Shown here in pieces: positions 33,185 through 44,500 of a DNA stretch of 64,000 nt (position 1 is its first letter; each line of letters begins with the position of its first letter). The notes under the pieces were generated by a model, which saw only the letters and a program-made list of their open reading frames with translations, was not told the origin of the DNA and made no database searches. The stretch is from positions 79,114 to 143,113 of the forward strand of contig CBFFRQ010000061.1 in the NCBI GenBank assembly GCA_965644315.1, written 5' to 3'. Source of the stretch: Caecitellus pseudoparvulus (taxonomy: Eukaryota; Protista; Bigyra: Bicosoecida). The position numbers and the translations under genes are program-made.

Positions 33185-36100
33185 CTACAGCCCCACGGGG
33201 GCCGCCCGCCGCCCCAACACCCCTGCCACGCGAGGCAGCAACGCGGCGAAGGCAGGATCCAGGGCAAGCGCTGCTGTGCTGGGGAAGGTGATGCCAGGCG
33301 GGCCGCTTTGCCACTGTCCTTCCTGTGGCACTTGCTTGGGCTGGACGTGGTGGGCTGTGTCGCGCGTGGCTGCAGCAGGGGCCGCACTGGCCGGCGCTTC
33401 GGGCGCAAGGGGTGGGGGCGGCACCACCTCTGCTTGCACTTCTCCGGCGACTGGGGCGACATCAGACGCGCCTTGGGCCTGGGGAGGGGGGTGGACACCA
33501 GGTCCTCTCGGCACGGTGTGCCCTGCCCGGCCAAGCCACCGCTCGTAGCCAGTGGCGGCGGGCCGGGGCACTGCAGACCCCGAAGCCACTTGGGCACTGC
33601 AAGCGCTGACGCCGCTGTCGCCCTCAGACGGTGGCAGGGGAGCGTGTGGCGCCTGGCTAGCGGCAGGGCGAGTCAAGTGCCCCAGCCACGCCCCCCAGCC
33701 ACCGGATGCAGTGCCTGTTTCAAGAGGTGAGGACTGGCCTGTTGCTGCCTGCCCAGTGCCATCCACTTCTTCGCTGCTGCTGCCCTCATCAATGCTGCTG
33801 TCTGCTGCCTGGGGGGCGGGTGAGGCTTGCACTGCCCGCCTCTCGCTGGCGAGAGTGGAAGTCGAGCTGCTGCGCTGAGAGGGCGTGCCTGCTTGCGAGC
33901 TGTGCTCATCGACGGAGCTGTGCTGTGTGTGTGACAATGGCAACACGACGCCACTGGCACCCTCGTTGCTTGAAGTGCCAGGTGAGGCTGGCAATCTTGC
34001 TCTGAGGGCATTCTGGGTGCTTGCAGCGGGGGTGGGTCGTTGGTATTCAGTCAAGTACTCCTCCAGCAGTGACTCCACAGACGCCTGGTGGGCTGGCGAG
34101 GGGCTGGATGGGGCAGGAACCGTGACTGCCTCAGCTTCAGCATGCCCAGAGGTGGCGGTGCGTTCCTGGGAGTGACTCGCGGCGCCCATCGCCACGCCAA
34201 GCTGCAATTCGTCACGGCTGAGTGCTGCTCCTTCCTCGGCAGGGGCTTGCACCACGTCGCCTACTGAGACATCGGAAGAGGAGGGTGCTTTCTCCGTTTC
34301 AGAGGAATCCCCATCACTTGGTGCAGCCTCGTGGCCGCTGTCCGCGGAGCAGCTGCCATCACGCGAGGTCGCTGGAGAGTCAAGAAGACTCTCCTGTGCT
34401 TGTGGTGTCGCTGTCACGGAGCCTGCAGGGGAGTGGCGGTGCCGTGAGTACACTGGTACTGGCACAGGTGGCGGAGGTGGACTGGTGCTTGGCTTGGAAG
34501 GTGTGTCTGGCGATGAAACGCTGCCCGCGCCCAGGCCCGGGCTCGGTCTTGGTGGGGGTGGTGATGGTGGTGTACACCGCTGTGACGAGGGAGGTTCACC
34601 TGTCTTTTCGTTCTGGCCAGGCTGTGAGTGTGGTTGGGGAGCCTGACACACGGCAGACACCGCTGCTGCCACCTGTGGCTGAGCGTCGCTGTCGCTGACG
34701 AGTGACAGCGCCTCTTCGTGCTGAGACAGGGAGGGGGGCGAGTCTGGTACGAGGTCTTGGCCTGACACATCTGACAGCGCCAAGCTCAGGTCCAGACTGG
34801 TATCGGAGGAGACGTTCGCCGAGGTGGCAGGGCCGCTCAGCGACCCGCTGGACGCCTCCCTACCCAACTGCCTCGAGGCGCGGCTGCCAGTAGGTGAGGG
34901 GGGTGAGACGTCTTCTGCCTCGGGCGGGGCAGGCGTGCTTCGATGGCTGCTTGCACTGCTGCCAGACGTGGCTGCAGAGACACGTGAGGGCTCAGGTGGC
35001 GGTGTGGCATGGAGGCCAGGCGGGGTTGATTCTCTGTCAGCAGAAGCAGCAACCGAATCAGCCTGTGAAGTGCTGTTCAGCTGTTGCGGACTCGAAGGCG
35101 GCTGTGGTGGCGACACTGTGCCGGAGGCTTTCTGCACGGGCTGGGACGAAAGCGTGTCTACAGTGGCTGACTCCTCGTCTGATGCTTCGGGCGAAACCGC
35201 GCTACTCGCCAGACCAGCCAAGAAGCGCTGTGTCGCACTTTGCAGGCTGGTCGTGAGCTGCTCCAGGCACGGTGACCCGTCCCCTGCTGAGGTTGGACTC
35301 GCACTTTGTGGCCGTTGGAGGGATGTGCTCAGAGCTTGGGGGGCGGTGGAGGCAGACGCACGGAGACAGTCAGTGCCCTGTGACACGGCAGGTGAAGGTG
35401 ACACCGAGGGGAGCCCTGCAGATCCAGTGGATGCGGGTGTGGGCAAAGCTGTTTCCGCAGGCGCAGGCGAGGCTGGGGAGGCCAAGGCAGACGCGGCATC
35501 GGCTGCACCGAAGGAGGGCAAGTACCTGCCGACCTGACGCAGCAGCGCACCTTGGGCCTCGTCGTCCCACGAGCTTGCAGAAGACGCAGAGCTGACTGAG
35601 TGCCGCTTAGCCTTCCCGCTGGGTGTGGCGTTGGCCTGTGACACGAGCTCACGCAGCCTGGCCGAGTATGCTCGTTCGTACTCATCGTCCAGACGCGCCA
35701 GCCGGGCACGCAGACGAGTCACCGTCACCTCCGCAGGCTCCAGTGCAATCGTTTCGGCCGTCGCGTCTAGGCGCGGGCCTGGCTTCGAGACCCGCGCCGT
35801 CGCCTCAAGGCCAGACACCTTGGTGGGCTTGGAGGATTCCGCTGGCGAGGCACCGCTGGGCACCCAGGCAGTGGCCAGGTAGCGCTGGGTGGCGAGGGGC
35901 AGTGTTGGAAGCACTCCTGCCGCCCAGTCAGGCAGGTGCTGAAGTTCAGCTGCTGGAAGGCTGGGGCTGGTATCGCGCGGCGGGGAGGCGCCTATGGAGG
36001 CTGCGGATTCAGATGTGCTGCTCTTGGAACCCGTGGACCCGAGAGACGTTGACTGCAGTGCGTACATGTACGAGAACTCGTCTGCTTCTAGCGTGCTGGG

Positions 36101-37504
36101 GCCCGGGGGCGCTGTGGTGGCGCCAGCAGTGGAAATAGTATGCCGGGCGCCAACGACAGGCTGCGCTGGAGCGGGGGGGGAGTCCAATGCAGCAGGAGGG
36201 CTGGGTGCCCTGGCCTCGGTGCCCTGCTGGTCATGTACTGGCTGCTGGCTCCTGGGTGAACCATCGCCCAGCGCCAGCGATACGAGATCGTGCAGCGCCT
36301 CATCATCTGCATCACCCTCGCCCTCCCGGCTCGACGCCGAGCCCTGCTCCGCCGTGCGCATGCCTGCCTCACCCTCGCTTTCACGCTCTGACATTGCAGG
36401 TGTGCGGGCAGGCGTGTCAGCCGCGGACTCCCCAGGTGACTTTGAGCCGCTGAGCACAGCGGCTCCTTCGTGAGCTGGTGATGTGGCAGAAATGGGGGGA
36501 GAGGCAGGGCGCTCGACAGCTGCCAGGCCCTGCTCTGACGCTGTGGCTTTGTCCTGGGCCCAACGCCCAGTCAGCCTCCGCAAGGCATCGATGACTTCTG
36601 AGCCGGAAGGGGGCGGGCGAGTGGGCAATGGCCCAGCCCTGGTGCTGGCCTCCTCACCCGAACCACCAGACCCTTGCTGCGAAAACATGTCCCCATCACT
36701 GTCTTCACCTGACTTGCTTGTCCCAGCTGCACGCCCTGTCCCTTCGTCACCCGCAGGTGGCGACACGGGTCTCGCGGTCGGCGTTGGCTTGCTCTGTTGA
36801 CGCTCAGCAGCAGTGTGCCGCAGGCTCGCGATGCGGCTTCGCAGGGCCGGGAGACGCGAAGGAGATGTGTGGTCTGCATGCAGCGAGCTCGATAGCTCCC
36901 CTCCCGACGCCGCGGGCCGCTGTGGCGTTGAGCTCTGGGCAGCACTCGAGCGCGTGCAGGCAATCACTCGCTTGGCTCGGGAGAGCACACCGTCAATGTC
37001 GAAGTCTCGGAGGTCCAAGGGAGCGCTCTGCACAGTCGAGCTGATACCTTCATAGCTGGCGTCGGCGTCCCTGGGGGACGTTTCCTGGCTCTCAGGCTCA
37101 GGGTTTGAAGCGCCCGTCGAGGAGTTTCGTCCAACGCCAGCAGCTCCTGTCGCTTCGCCGCTGCGTCGAAAGGAGGCACAGAGACGTGGATTCCATGCAC
37201 TGGGCCTGACTCACACCACTGTTGCTATTCAGATCGCGAGTGGTCTCGCAAAGCACTGCAGTGGTTGACACGTAGGGGAAGCAGTTGTGTCGTTGGCGTT
37301 TCACTCACGCTGGCGAGGCTTCCCACCAGAACTTCGTCCCAAATGTCTCCCGCAACCCTCGCTCACGGGGCGGACTCGACCTGCACAAGCGCCAGCACAG
37401 ATCTTAAAGTTGCAGGCTTCGTTTTCAGGGCAGACCACTCACCGAAAACGCTTGATCATGGCAGCAATCGTGCCGCCTGGCGGCAGCTCTTCAGCGCTGG
37501 CCAT
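33185..37504 (-). CDS. Large Ser/Pro-rich disordered protein, PROSER3-like N-terminal motif, 3 exons
   Basis: Exons 37504-37443, 37380-37309, 37160-33185; GTGAGT...CAG introns 37381-37442 and 37161-37308 join in frame. The spliced N-terminus 'IAAMIKRFRSSPPRERGLR...KFWWE' resembles the I.RFR..P....R...FWW motif of PROSER3. Confidence 0.65.
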
Positions 37505-37888
37505 GCTGAACGTCCGCGGTTTGAACGGATACAATGAACGCTTTCTGGACCGACAAATAAGCTTAGCACCCATGGGGCTTGTATTTTGAAGTGACACATC
37601 TCTTTGCGATGTACTATTGTGCAACTTTTGCTGCACTATGCTCAAAGGATTTGAAAGTAGAGATCGGTTCGTGCACTATTTACGTGCTACTGAGCTGAAG
37701 GAGTGGCGCAGCATCTGATTCAGTTTGCCACCGCGCACAACAGCTAAGATGACCCAGAATCTGTATTCGCGCACAACTTCATCCCAACCCCGATGCCCTC
37801 TGCCGTTAATTCGCTTCCAAGGCGTCAATCGCGACTGCTCAGACTTCGCTAGCGTTGTGGAGGAAAGCGATTTCCGCACCCCAGCGCA
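37505..37888. promoter_or_regulatory. Probable bidirectional promoter between the PROSER3-like and nucleoside hydrolase genes
   Basis: 384-bp AT-richer spacer between divergent ATGs; positional inference. Confidence 0.35.
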
Positions 37889-39095
37889 ATGATCTGCAGG
37901 TGGGCCTGGCGATGCCTGGTCTTTGCTCTTGCCCTTGGTGTGGTCCCTTGTGCTTGTCTCGGAGGAAGGATCCCACAGACAGTCATCATTGAGACGGACA
38001 TTGGCACATGTGAGGGCAGATGCCGACGAGGCGCAGCCTGGCGCCACGTAGCAGCTCGTGCTCGCCGCTTGCGCAGACATGGACGATTCATGGGCCATTG
38101 CGCAGATGCTGGCCCACCCTGAACTATTTTCCATTGCACTGGTCGTGGTCAGCACCCGGAACACCACCGCTAGGGCTGGCGTTGCGGCACGTATGTTGGT
38201 CGAGGCTGGGGCTAGCGGCATCCCCATTGCGGTGCACACGCCGACGGGAGACCAGAGCAACGCAGACATGCCACTGGCTACGTGGGGCAGCAGCATGCCC
38301 TTGGCATCGTACCCTGGTGGGATCCTGCAGCCCAACGAGACTCTGCCTGCCATGCGGGATGTGGTGCAGGCCGCGTCACCCACTGCTCCAGTGCTGTTCT
38401 TGCAGCTGTCCCCGCCTCTAGCTCAGGCACAGCTGCTGGCGCGGTGGCCGTCCCTGTCTCACCACATGCACACTATCCTCATGGGCGGCTCCTTGTGGGT
38501 ATGCTATCGCCTGAACATCTCCTCGCCTTGCCCCGAGTACAACGTGGCTCTGAACTCCACTGCCTCTGCCATCGTGTGGGGCATGCCCTCTGCTAACTGG
38601 GCAGCGCCTCTGCGCATTGTGCCCATTCTGCCCTCCCGCCAGTTCGCCGTGAATGCCTCGGCGTACGCGACCTTCCTGCAGGCAGCCCAGCGCGGCGCAC
38701 CGCTGCCCACCACCCTGCTCAGCGCCTTCAAGGCCTGGTTCAACGGTGGGGGCCCGGGCCTGTTCCCACCCCTGTGGCCAGCCTCGCCCGATCTGGGCAC
38801 GAATGCCCTCTTCGACCTAGTAGCATCCCTGGCAGCCGTGCAGTGCGCAGAGAATGGCCCTGGCGGTGCCTGTGCTGCAGAGCAGGGCTCTGTGCCTGGG
38901 CTGGTGTGGGAGCAGCGCTCCATTCGTGTGAACGCGTCTGGGTTCACGGTGCCCTGCTCGATGCCTGGGTCGTGGGGCTGTGCCACTGTGCAGGTCGCAC
39001 ACGGGTGGTCGGGGTCGCAGGCGCTGTACCCGACTCTGCAGGCTGCTGCAGCTGGCGTGGTGGGGCAGGTGAAATCTTACGCCATGCTGAGCTGA
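37889..39095 (+). CDS. Inosine/uridine-preferring nucleoside hydrolase family protein with signal peptide, 2 exons
   Basis: Exons 37889-38009 and 38077-39095. Splicing builds 'VIIETDIGTYMDDSWAI' (DxDxGxDD-type motif). Also 'ILMGGS', 'PEYNV' and 'LFDLVA'; hydrophobic N-terminus. Confidence 0.85.
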
Positions 39096-39121
39096 GGACC
39101 ATGTATTGAGGAGAGGGGGCG

Positions 39122-40862
39122 TCACATGCCCGGGGGCCGGGAGGGGGCGGCTTGCGAAGCTGGCGCGACCGGGTATACCGGGTACGCTGTCGTGCCGCCG
39201 ACGGGGGGGTATGCGTACCCCACCTGGGCCGGCGCAGGGGCGGCTGGGCCACCGTACGTGGTCATGGGGATGGGGGAGCCGTAGTTGGGTGTGCGGTAGT
39301 CGGAGCCTGCGACTGGGTACAGGTTGCCGCCGGTGGATGGTGGGGCCTGACTGGGTGAAGGGGCAGGGGCAGGGTTGACGTAGATGCCCTCTGTCTTGGA
39401 CGTGCCTGGGCCATCTGGCAGGCGGGCCATCTCGTAGGAGGGTGCGCCACCACTGCCACCTGCAGCTGCCGGCGACATGCCAGACGGCCCTGGGCTTGAC
39501 GGGCTCACTGGATGTGCGATGGGGACATCTGCCTGCGAGCCACCTGCAGCTGGGGAGGACTGGGGGCGCCCAGCCAGCTCCTTGCGCTTCTGCAGCGCAA
39601 AGGCCACCAGGAAGATGATGCCGACGGCAGCGAGGCCTGCGCCGATCCACCCCAGGGTGGAGGACACCTGATCAATGATGAAGCCGGGGACGCCGAAGGA
39701 GAAGGTGCCTTCCGTGGCACGCAGAGCGACCACCCACGGGTCCTTATCGCTACGCAGTGTACCTTCCGTCGCAGCCACGCTGACGGCACGATCGCCAGGG
39801 TCCGTGCCGCGCAGCACCTCCACGGGGATAAAGTTAAAGGGAGACAGGGTGGGGTTGTCCTCGGGCGTCAGCAGCACGCTCGGCATGTTGGCTTCGTCCA
39901 GCTGGGCGTGGTCCATCAGATCATGAGGCACCACGGCACAGCCAGCGCCTTCCTTCAGGTCCCACGCCCAGTCCCCAGAGGCAAGCAGTGTCGGCGTCTG
40001 CTGCGGCGTGGGCAAAGGCGAGGACAGCAGGGTTGGCGCAATGCACAGCTCAATGAGCTTGTAAAAGTGCGTGCACAGGTTGCCGCCGTGCAGGATTCCC
40101 TCACAAGCAGGGCAGTTGGAGTTGCCTTGGCATGCGCCGTGGCGCTTAGTGGCGGTGAGGGTCAGGGGCACCTCCACGATGGACAGGGAGTCGGACGCGT
40201 TCAAGGACGCGGGTGGCTGAGGGATGCTGAACCAGGACATTGACAGACTGCTCTGCACCGCCACACCTGGCTGCGACGGCAAGAACTCGTCAGAGAGCAG
40301 GGGCGCGGCCACGGCAAGGCCGCCAGCTGCCATGCGGAAGCGGAGCTTGGCGTCGTCACTGTACTGCTCGATGCCGTTGGGGAACACGGCAAGCTTCCGG
40401 ATCTCCTTGCTGTTGGCGCCGCGCTGAGCGGCGAAGTCCACTGTCACGTTGGCTTCAGCTGTGCAGGGGGCTGTCCCGACAGGGCACGCCGCCAAGACCC
40501 ACTTGCCGTTCTGAGGCTGTTCATCGGGCCGGTAGTTTCCTGTCGCCTGCTCGAAGCGCTGCAGCTCTGTGGCAGTCCAGCTGCCCACCGCGTCGTTGTA
40601 CAGCTGCAGGCGCTCCTCTCGCATCTGCACGATGGCCTCGCGGGTGCCTGCCACAGCTATGGCACCCGCGATGAACATGACCCCACAGCAGATGGAGCAG
40701 CATGAACATGCCTTGATTGCCCAGTGCGTGGCACAGAGAGCCTTCTGCAGCGGGCAGGAGGCGCAGGCAGGGGCAGTGAGGCATTGACGTTTCCGCGACA
40801 CGTCTGCAAAAACCGCAGCTCACAGAGAACGAGACTGTCTGCCCGCCGTTGGTCTGCTGCAT
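39122..40862 (-). CDS. Two-TM protein with a large Cys-containing ectodomain and Pro/Tyr-rich cytoplasmic tail, function unknown
   Basis: Exon 40862-40824 (MQQTNGGQTVSFS), intron 40745-40823 (GTGAGC...GCAG), exon 40744-39122 in phase 0. TM segments 'CCGVMFIAGAIAVAG' and 'LGWIGAGLAAVGIIFLVAFAL'. Confidence 0.7.
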
Positions 40863-41266
40863 GGTGGATACGAATCAAGACAGGGAGAAACTAAAACGGG
40901 TCTTCAACTTGGCCCCTTCGCCTTCAAACCCGTGACGGCGTGGGTCGCAGCAAGCCTGCGCTGCCAGAGGATGCGCTTGACCGCGCAAGGGTGTGTGGAG
41001 TGGCACGACAGAGGCACGTGTTCGCCCAGGACAGGGTTTGGAGACTCAAGAAGTACTTCTGCATTTACAGGCTCCCCAGTTTATTTGCGGGCACGCTTCT
41101 GTTTTGTCGGACACCGCGCGTGTGGGCGCTCTCGCAAGTGCTGGTGAGGTGAGGTGGCTTTGGCTCGCCCGGAGCCGGCGTTGCGTGCGGAAGCACAACA
41201 TACATTCATGAAGTTTCAGCCACCCTGCTCGGACGACAACTAGCAAACCTCCCACGAATGGGCACG

Positions 41267-44200
41267 CTACTCAACAGGCCTGTCGCCCGGCCTGGGCGAC
41301 GCAGCGAGTGCTGCTGTGGGGCTGAACGATGCCCTGGCCCGGGCTCCTTCCGCCTGCCGCTTGTAGTGTGCCTTCCTTGCCCGCCGCCCACTGCTCGCGG
41401 GCCGCGCACTGGCAGTGGGTGAAGTCGCATACTGTGCGATCTGGGCCCGCAGCAAGGTACGTCTGGACACGATGCCTTGGCTGGAGCGGCCAGTCCCGCT
41501 GAGTGGCGTGTGGTGGCGCCTGGGCGATGTGCCGGAGTACGTGACACGGCCATCGCCCGCGTGGAGTGACGACAGGCGCCGTGACATGACAGGTGCAGCC
41601 TTCTTCGGGCCGGCCTCGGCTGGTGAAGCTGACTTGGAGCTGCCGATGAGGGGGTTGGTGTGAGGTGTGCCGCTTGCAGCTGCATGTGCGGCGACGGCAG
41701 CAGGAGAGCCGTCTGCGTGGAAGAGGGCACCGTGTGCACGAAGGGCTCGGTTTCCTCTGATCGGTTTGGAGCAGGAGCAGGTGCAGGCTTGGAGCAGCGA
41801 CGGAGCGGGCCGGGCTGCAACAAGGCCGGCTGCTGAGGAGGACAGGGCGTGCAGTGCTGCTGCAGGCGTTGTGGCGTGCGGCATGTGCTGGAGTGCCGAG
41901 AGGAGGTCCGTTGCGGGGGCAGCTGGGCGGGAAGCAGGCGGGGGGCCAGGCAGCATGTGGCGGAGGAGGGCGGTCACGATGTGGAGCAAGCTCGGCATGG
42001 CCGAGTGAGCGATGTCCGCAATGCCGTCGTCCTCCTCTGAGCCTGCAGCTGGACTGGTTTGTGGTGGCATGTGGAGATGCGGGAGGGCATGGGCGAGGGT
42101 GGTGCGTACCCTGACGAGGCCACGGCGCATGGCGGGGCTGTATCCCCTGCACAGCACCAGCAGCATGCTCAGCACCATGGCAGCGTGCAGGACGAGCACG
42201 GCAAGGAGGACAACCGCACGCATGGACGGCAGAGCTGTGACGAGTGCGACGGCCACGCCCTGTGCCAGGACCCCCAAGTGTGCGGTGGTGTCCAGGTCGT
42301 TCAGTTCGCTGAGCGCCCAGGGGCGGCGCAGGGCAAGGGCTGTCGCACCGGCGAGGACCACGGCCATGCCGCAGCTCAGGCGGATCCAGATGTCTGTGGA
42401 CAGCCACACACATGCCAGCATGGCGATGAGCTCGGCAGTGTGCACTGTGGCGAAGGCGTGGGTAGGCAGTACGGAGCCGCAGGAGGCGCACGCAGCCCGG
42501 TCTTGGGCGGCAGCATCTGCAGCCATGTCTGCCAGCGTGGCCACTGTCGGGTGGATGGGCTTCGCAGAGGAGGGAGTGGACAGTCGTGCCAGCACTACAG
42601 CTCGAGCGTGGGCGGGGGACAGCTGGCGGCGGTAGCCCTTGCTGCAGAAGGCAGCAGGGGAGGGTGCGCTGCGCTTGGCCCCTGGGCTGGCCAGCGTGCG
42701 TGCGAGGGCGGCGACGCCCAGGGTTCCTGCAAGGGCATGGACCAGTCCAGGTGTCCACACGATGGCAACCGGTCCCAGGGGATCCCAGGCCCCGAAAGGT
42801 GGCGGGCTGCTCACACGTGCAGCCGTGACCAGTGCCGGGTGCAGGAGCTGCATGTACACCGCGACAGGCAGGACGGTGAAAGCAGGGTGCAGCCGCCCGG
42901 CAAAGGTCTTGTGGGCCGCGAGTGCAGCCATGGCGAGGGCAAGGGCAGCGCCAGCAATGGCCACCCGGAGGATGGTGCTGGGGCCAATTTGACCTGGGCT
43001 GACTGAGCCAGTCCAGCACTGCAGCGCAGGCACGACGTCTGGACTGCCAGCCATGGTTTGCATGGCTGAGCTCGTGTGGGACGACTCTGTGGCTGCAGGA
43101 GCGTCATTTGTGTCTTCGGCGGGATCACAGGCAGCCGTCCACTGCTGCAGCGTGTGAGCAGCCTGCTCAAGCGTGTCGCGCCGCCCTGGACCCAGTGCAG
43201 CCATCTGGCCAGCCATGCCAGCGTACCAGAGCAAGATGCGCACGGCCCCTGAGAACAGGCTCGTGGTCAGGCGGTCAGGCTGCGCCAGGTAGCGGGCGCC
43301 AGTCACGACTCCCAGCCCAATGGCAACGCCAGCTTGGACGCCGACCACCACCGTGGCTGACATGGCGGGAGACAGGCCAGTGTCCGGGCACCGACTGCAG
43401 GCAGCACATGCATCAGGTGGAGCGTACCCCGGCTTGCAGACGTGGCACAGCTTGCCGGTGTGTCCTGGCTGGCACGAGGTGAGGCGCTGTGGCGTTTGAG
43501 ACTGCTGGCAGGACTGGTCTCTGGGGCACAGGTGCATGTTCGGTTCCTCTGAGTCGCAGTTGTCAGCGCAGAACAGTCGCCCGGGGAAGGCGGATGCTAG
43601 CGTCCCGTTGGCATGGCAGATGGCCCACCAGGGGCAGTGGTCGCGTGGTGGAGTGAAGGTAGGACTGGGGCTGGTGGAAGGTGTCGATGATTGCGTGGAG
43701 GAAGGTGAGGGTGAGGGCGTGGCTGTCGCTGTCGCTGTTGATGTGCCAGTGGGGGTGGCCGATGCAGTGGGCGTGGCCGTTGATGTCGCCGTGGGGGTGG
43801 CGGTGCTGGTGGTGGATGCAGTGGGTGTTGCTGTCGATGCTGGTGTGAAGCTGCTTGTGCTGCTTGCTGAGGCAGTGAGCGTGGCACTTTGCGAATACGT
43901 GGGCGAGGGGGTCGTTGGTGGTGTGGCAGTCGCTGATGAAGTTGGGGTGGGAAGCGGCGGTGGGTCTGCTTCACAGGCGAAAACGTTGTGTGTTGTGCAG
44001 CGTTCGTCATTGTAGAAGAAGTCAAATTCTTGGCGCATTTCTATGCATCGCTCACTGTTGCTGTTTGGTTCACTATTGGCAGTGTACCACTTGTTAAAAG
44101 TTATTGGCGTGCTATCCCGCCACCGATAGATCTGGTTGTCTCCGACCATGTCAAATCCATCAATCCACAGTCCAGCAGCAAGTGTGCTTCCTGAGAAGCA

Positions 44201-44500
44201 TTGACTCTCAGCCTCCGCCTTCAGACTGCTCCACATTGGATTGTTCATTACTCGAAGTAGCCCAACCCCTCCGTTGTTCACACATTCAGCTTCAGCGTTT
44301 TCGTGTTGCAGTGGAGTGCAGATCACTTGCACGCACGCTCCTCGAAGGCAATTGTACGACCCCGGACAATCAAACGGGCAAGTGCCGCTGCCCGCAACAT
44401 GTACTGCACAGACTGTCATCAGCGCAAAGGCGAGGCCAGCTCGCTGCAGGGAACGCCAGCCTGGAGCATACTGGCGTTCCCTCGTGTCGATGCGAGGCAT
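41267..44500 (-). CDS. C-type lectin domain + Thr/Pro mucin-like stalk + Cys-rich region + multi-TM receptor-like protein
   Basis: Signal-like 'LAFALMTVCAVHVAG'; CTLD 'AEAEC...LWIDG...YRWRDSTP..FNKW...EPN...ERC...YNDERC....FACE'; (TPTA)n stalk; 'CQPGHTGKLCHVCKPGY..C..CP'; then several TM helices. Confidence 0.8.
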   Translation of the reverse strand: MPRIDTRERQYAPGWRSLQRAGLAFALMTVCAVHVAGSGTCPFDCPGSYNCLRGACVQVICTPLQHENAEAECVNNGGVGLLRVMNNPMWSSLKAEAESQCFSGSTLAAGLWIDGFDMVGDNQIYRWRDSTPITFNKWYTANSEPNSNSERCIEMRQEFDFFYNDERCTTHNVFACEADPPPLPTPTSSATATPPTTPSPTYSQSATLTASASSTSSFTPASTATPTASTTSTATPTATSTATPTASATPTGTSTATATATPSPSPSSTQSSTPSTSPSPTFTPPRDHCPWWAICHANGTLASAFPGRLFCADNCDSEEPNMHLCPRDQSCQQSQTPQRLTSCQPGHTGKLCHVCKPGYAPPDACAACSRCPDTGLSPAMSATVVVGVQAGVAIGLGVVTGARYLAQPDRLTTSLFSGAVRILLWYAGMAGQMAALGPGRRDTLEQAAHTLQQWTAACDPAEDTNDAPAATESSHTSSAMQTMAGSPDVVPALQCWTGSVSPGQIGPSTILRVAIAGAALALAMAALAAHKTFAGRLHPAFTVLPVAVYMQLLHPALVTAARVSSPPPFGAWDPLGPVAIVWTPGLVHALAGTLGVAALARTLASPGAKRSAPSPAAFCSKGYRRQLSPAHARAVVLARLSTPSSAKPIHPTVATLADMAADAAAQDRAACASCGSVLPTHAFATVHTAELIAMLACVWLSTDIWIRLSCGMAVVLAGATALALRRPWALSELNDLDTTAHLGVLAQGVAVALVTALPSMRAVVLLAVLVLHAAMVLSMLLVLCRGYSPAMRRGLVRVRTTLAHALPHLHMPPQTSPAAGSEEDDGIADIAHSAMPSLLHIVTALLRHMLPGPPPASRPAAPATDLLSALQHMPHATTPAAALHALSSSAAGLVAARPAPSLLQACTCSCSKPIRGNRALRAHGALFHADGSPAAVAAHAAASGTPHTNPLIGSSKSASPAEAGPKKAAPVMSRRLSSLHAGDGRVTYSGTSPRRHHTPLSGTGRSSQGIVSRRTLLRAQIAQYATSPTASARPASSGRRARKAHYKRQAEGARARASFSPTAALAASPRPGDRPVE
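43660..43960 (-). repeat. Degenerate coding repeats encoding a Thr/Pro/Ser/Ala stalk
   Basis: Translation 'TPTSSATATPPTTPSPT...TATPTASTTSTATPTATSTATPTASATPTG'. Confidence 0.7.
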
